Source: Chara braunii (taxonomy: Eukaryota; Plantae; Charophyceae). From it: a stretch of 64,000 nt of DNA. The stretch lies in assembly GCA_003427395.1 (NCBI GenBank), contig BFEA01000039.1, positions 68,294 to 132,293 on the forward strand, read 5' to 3'. Positions 60,174 through 64,000 of the stretch are shown here, in pieces; positions within the stretch are counted from its first letter, which is position 1, and each line of letters opens with the position of its first letter. Under the pieces are notes generated by a model. It saw nothing but the letters and a program-made list of their open reading frames with translations, had not been told where the DNA came from and made no database searches. Made by a program: the position numbers and the translations under genes.

Positions 60174-61574
60174 TCACTCTAGGTTCTCAGTTGAAGCATC
60201 AGCTTCGACATCCTTCGATTCGCTGATGTGGATAATATCCGTTGTTGGGATGATACACGGAAAGCGCAGTTGCACGCGGTGCTCAGCAAGGTCGAAAATC
60301 ACATCGATCTTGCCTACGTAAGGAATACCTTCATCTTTGCAGTAACGCTGCAACTCTTCAGCGTTGCAATCCTTCAACTCCTTCATAATGGAGTCGCAAA
60401 AACGTAAGCGTGAGAGCGACTTGCTGGAGGAAGTCAACTTCCCGCGGGGGGGAGACAGCTTACGGTTCTTCGTCAACTTTGATAACGGGGTCTTGATGGG
60501 CGAATGCTTCTTCGCCCGGATCGGAGTGCGCGTGCCCTTGGTCTTTGCTCTGGCCACCCGTTGGCAGTGTTCCCCCATGCGGACACATCCACGCATCGGG
60601 GTGCATTTCAGAGGTGCTTTCATAGGTGGACTGTCGCCAATCGGAACGTCGTCAGATCTCTTTCTCTTTTCAGTGATGCACAAACGTCCAGTCTTCTCAC
60701 TTAACTCCTGAGTTACGCTGGTCTCGCTCCCTTCACTGCTATACTCCGACTCGCTCTCATGCTCTGGTTCGAGTATGACTTGCTTCTTCTCCTTGATGTC
60801 ACATCTGTCTCCTGCAAAAGCCGGAATGACAGATGTCTTCCATTATTGGATCCAGTCGTCCTTAATTTCGTTCATTAATAAGGTCGTATGCATCGTCACC
60901 TCCTTCTTCATTTTTGCCTTCAAGATAGCTTCCTGCTTCGCTTTCGCTTCCTTCTTCAACTTCTTGGCTTCACGTTGTGCTACTTCTTGAGCCAAGTGGG
61001 CATCCTCTTCCTCCTGCTTCAACCTTTCTTCTTCTAAGGCTCGTGCTTTCTCCATTTTACGTCTGACTTTCTCCTCGATCTTCGCTTGTACGACATCAAA
61101 GTGCTCTTTGATAGTTGCCACCCCCTTGGTCAGCTTCGCTACTCTCTCTCGTAGCTCAGTTTCCTCCTTTGGGGCGGTGTAACTCTTTTGAGAATCGAAC
61201 CTCCGTGGTGAGCGGGCTCGCCTGGAGTCCGATGAGGTAGACAGTCGATTAGAGTAGTATCGACGCTCACGATGAGGACATTGATTGGCGTAATGACCCG
61301 TTTCATCGCAGTTGAAGCACTTCACGGATGACCTGTAAGGTCGTCGGTCTCTGTCCTCACCATAACGATCGAAACTTGACGTCTTGGAGCGCGTTGAGAC
61401 AGTCTCTTGTCTCCACCGCCGAGCAGGTTCGAGGTAGTCTCTTACGTTGATGTTGCGGATACGGACCCTCGCTTGTACTTTGGAAAATGACGAAATGACG
61501 AAAAGTTGTCTTCGAAACATTACGCGAGAAATAGTAAAAAGAATATATGATACAACACTGATAATGACACTCAC
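60174..61574 (-). pseudogene. gag-like ORF1: CCHC zinc knuckle, coiled coil, SAP/HeH-like motif
   Basis: CFNCDETGHYANQC; long E/K-rich helix; LKDCNAEELQRYCKDEGIPYVGKIDVIFDL; broken by a stop/frameshift near 60840. Confidence 0.75.
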
Positions 61575-61615
61575 TTAAATCCGATGAACCTCCCCAGATA
61601 AGTTCACGCATGTGG

Positions 61616-62182
61616 TAATAGGATATGATATGATGGTAGTCTCACACAAATGTAACTAACAGTAGTAGCACACAGTGTAGCACAGCACAGGTGATACTAG
61701 TAGCACACAGTGTAGAAAGACGAGGTCACCGTAGTGACAGTAGACATGTGATGTAAAACCAGAGGGTTTTTCCCATTTGCAAAGCCAACAAACCCAGAAA
61801 TCGCCGCTTACCACACGCCAGCTGCGGGCGATAGTTTACCGTCGTCACGGTCGACCATCGGCCGCAGAACCCAAGAGGCCCATTACCACTACTGTCTACG
61901 TATTTATAGTCCATCCGACAAAAAGTGGGCGGGGCAGGTCCCTCTTTCGAGGTGGGACTGTCCAAACAAGAAACTTCCAGACGGTACCACGCCAGTCCGA
62001 CTGGACCAAAAACATAGTGTCCCCGGTCCTAACTAGGAATCAGTTAAAACCACAGAGCAAAGTTTACTTATACCTCAGAACTACCTTCAAAAATTCGAAT
62101 ACAAATAAAAGAAGCCAAAACAGACAAAATACACAACCTATACTAGAAGACAAGCATCCGAGATCCAAACCCTGTCCGAATA
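61616..62182 (-). repeat. LTR-like direct repeat (right)
   Basis: TAATAGGA...TCCGAATA termini; collinear with the left copy. Confidence 0.9.
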
Positions 62183-63460
62183 GAGGTAACTGTCAGACTC
62201 CTGTTTTTAGAGGGAGCTTGAAAATTAAAGGATAAAAAAAGAAAAGACTAAGTATAACATTTTCCTTGATGTATATGCCTTGGGAAACGGGTTCTGATAC
62301 ATTAAACTGAAAGGGGTTGTATCTCTCCAACCCCTTATCAGAAAAATAAAAGAAAAATAGTTTTGAAAATTTCATGATCTCAATTATCTCGTGAAAATCT
62401 TAGATAATTGAGATTAAAAAAAAACAAACAAAAATAGGGCAGTTAAAGAACTGCCCCCACTAAGGTTGTGGTTGTCGTACGACTACAATTAACCTTTGAT
62501 CTTTGTCAGATAAATGACTCACTGTGATCCCGCGATTTTGCCTGGGGCTGGAGTGAAATCTAACTCTCCTCAGCTACTATAGAACAGGCAGTTGTCCCCA
62601 GATGCCACACAGAAGCCCTCGTGTTGTAAGTGTGTAACAAGCACACTTGAGTGTTGTTGGGTTGTTGAAGAAGCTACCAGAGGCAATATGGGAGGAGGCC
62701 GGAGGTCTGCAGTGGAGCGAGAGAGGAGCACGACAACCATAGCCAAGATACAAAGAACTCTGGTCCTCTTCCTTCTGGCTAATGTTGGTCCAGTGGGATG
62801 GTACTTGGGGCGCTGTGGGACCAAGGCGGCACAGTGGGAGTACACTTTGGGCCAAGATTTTGTCCAGGGCCAAAATTTTACTATTTTGGCGTCAGGTTTC
62901 AGCGGCAACGACGGAACTTCGCGACCTCACTAGTGGTGGTACAGGCAATAAGAACCTCGACACGCTGTTTTCCCACTTCTGTGGGAAAATGATATCAATG
63001 TTTTTTTGCGGCAACAACAACAATTTTTGCAGCGTTACGCTGTTGAAATTATGGTTCGTTGGACGGTACGAAGTGAGGGGGGAGTGCATGATGAATTTTG
63101 ATGCGTCGAGGGGCTCGCTGCCAACGTCAGTGAATAAGTAATTTGAAGTAGGACTATTACGGCGGTACGCCGGGGATCGTTTGAGGTCTCGATAATAATC
63201 TACACATTGGACCAAGATTTACAAGGTGGAAACGATATGCCTTTTTTTTTTCGTGCGTTGGCGGAGGTGGGACCTTTGACTTTGACCAAGTGGAACCAGT
63301 GCGACCAGAGGAGCACGTGAGTGGGACGGGAGGTGCAGACAAAGTGAAAACTTGAGCATTTTCTTTTTTTGTGAGGCGTAGTAGAAGTGGTTTTGATGGA
63401 CGATATCATTAGGTCTTGGAAGGAATAATGCAGGACCACCCGGTACCACTTGGGACCAGT

Positions 63461-63870
63461 TGGCACTGACGTGGAACCAGTGAAGTTTATTTTTCTTACG
63501 ACGAGTGCGCCTCACCGTTTTCACACTTGGGGCTACCGCGTGTAGGACGTGTGAGTGGAAGGTGAATTGAGGTCATTGGTTGACCTTACCTTGATACTAC
63601 GTTTTTTTTTTCCGACAACGTGTATATATTTTTTCCTTGACTTTCTTGAGTGAGTTGGGGTGGTACCATTTGGCACTGACGTGGAACCAGTGAAGTTTAT
63701 TTTCCTTACGACGAGTGCGCCTCACCGTTTTCACACTTGGGGTTACCGCGTGTGGGACGTGTGAGTAGAACGTGAATTGAGGTCATTTGTTGACCTTACC
63801 TTGATACTACGTTTTTTTTCTTCCGACAACGTGTATATATGTTTTCCTTGACTTTCTTGAGTGAGTTGGG
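63461..63870. repeat. 210-bp tandem duplication
   Basis: TGGCACTGACGTGGAACCAGTGAAGTTTATTT... at 63461 and 63671. Confidence 0.93.
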
Positions 63871-64000
63871 GTACGTTCGACACCGCTTCAATCAAGGTCA
63901 GTTGGCGACCCGGTTTTCCCTCCACACCTGTATGAACCCACACATTGCTTGACCCTGTTTGTTTTGAACGTTTGAGTAAAGCGTGTGTGGTCATGCATGT

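Larger units (their letters stand above)
56726..62182 (-). mobile_element. Penelope-like retroelement (N-terminal GIY-YIG type) between ~560-bp LTR-like direct repeats
   Basis: Direct repeats at 56726-57286 and 61616-62182; internal CCHC/SAP-like ORF, GIY-YIG and PLE-type RT. Confidence 0.85.

Overview
Repeat-rich eukaryotic nuclear DNA from a plant-lineage genome. The plant-type U6, nad5 and SEC14 sequences, a chromovirus and a Penelope-like element with an N-terminal GIY-YIG domain suggest a streptophyte alga such as Chara; this assignment is inference. Main content: (1) A nested L1/Tx1 complex. A 5.85-kb retroposed unit (5'-truncated L1 ORF2, part of the L1 3' UTR, an intronless SEC14/CRAL-TRIO coding segment, a long tail and poly(A)) sits with an exact target-site duplication (TSD) inside an older L1. 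(2) A spliced minus-strand host gene (PHD finger, coiled coil, DDT, WHIM1) with phase-compatible exons from ~31.6 kb to ~11.8 kb; one 10.9-kb intron holds a degenerate Ty3/gypsy chromovirus, MITEs and a mitochondrial nad5 fragment. (3) Solo LTRs, a decayed DD34E Tc1-type transposase, a family of ~105-bp hairpin MITEs always flanked by C-TA...TA-G, three U6 retrocopies and a tRNA+28S-rRNA composite SINE-like sequence. (4) A Penelope-like RT/GIY-YIG element with a zinc-knuckle/SAP-like ORF, bracketed by ~560-bp LTR-like direct repeats and carrying two adjacent in-place inversions. A Nextera mate-pair adapter at 45944-45981 marks an assembly artefact. There is no CRISPR array or other prokaryotic system.
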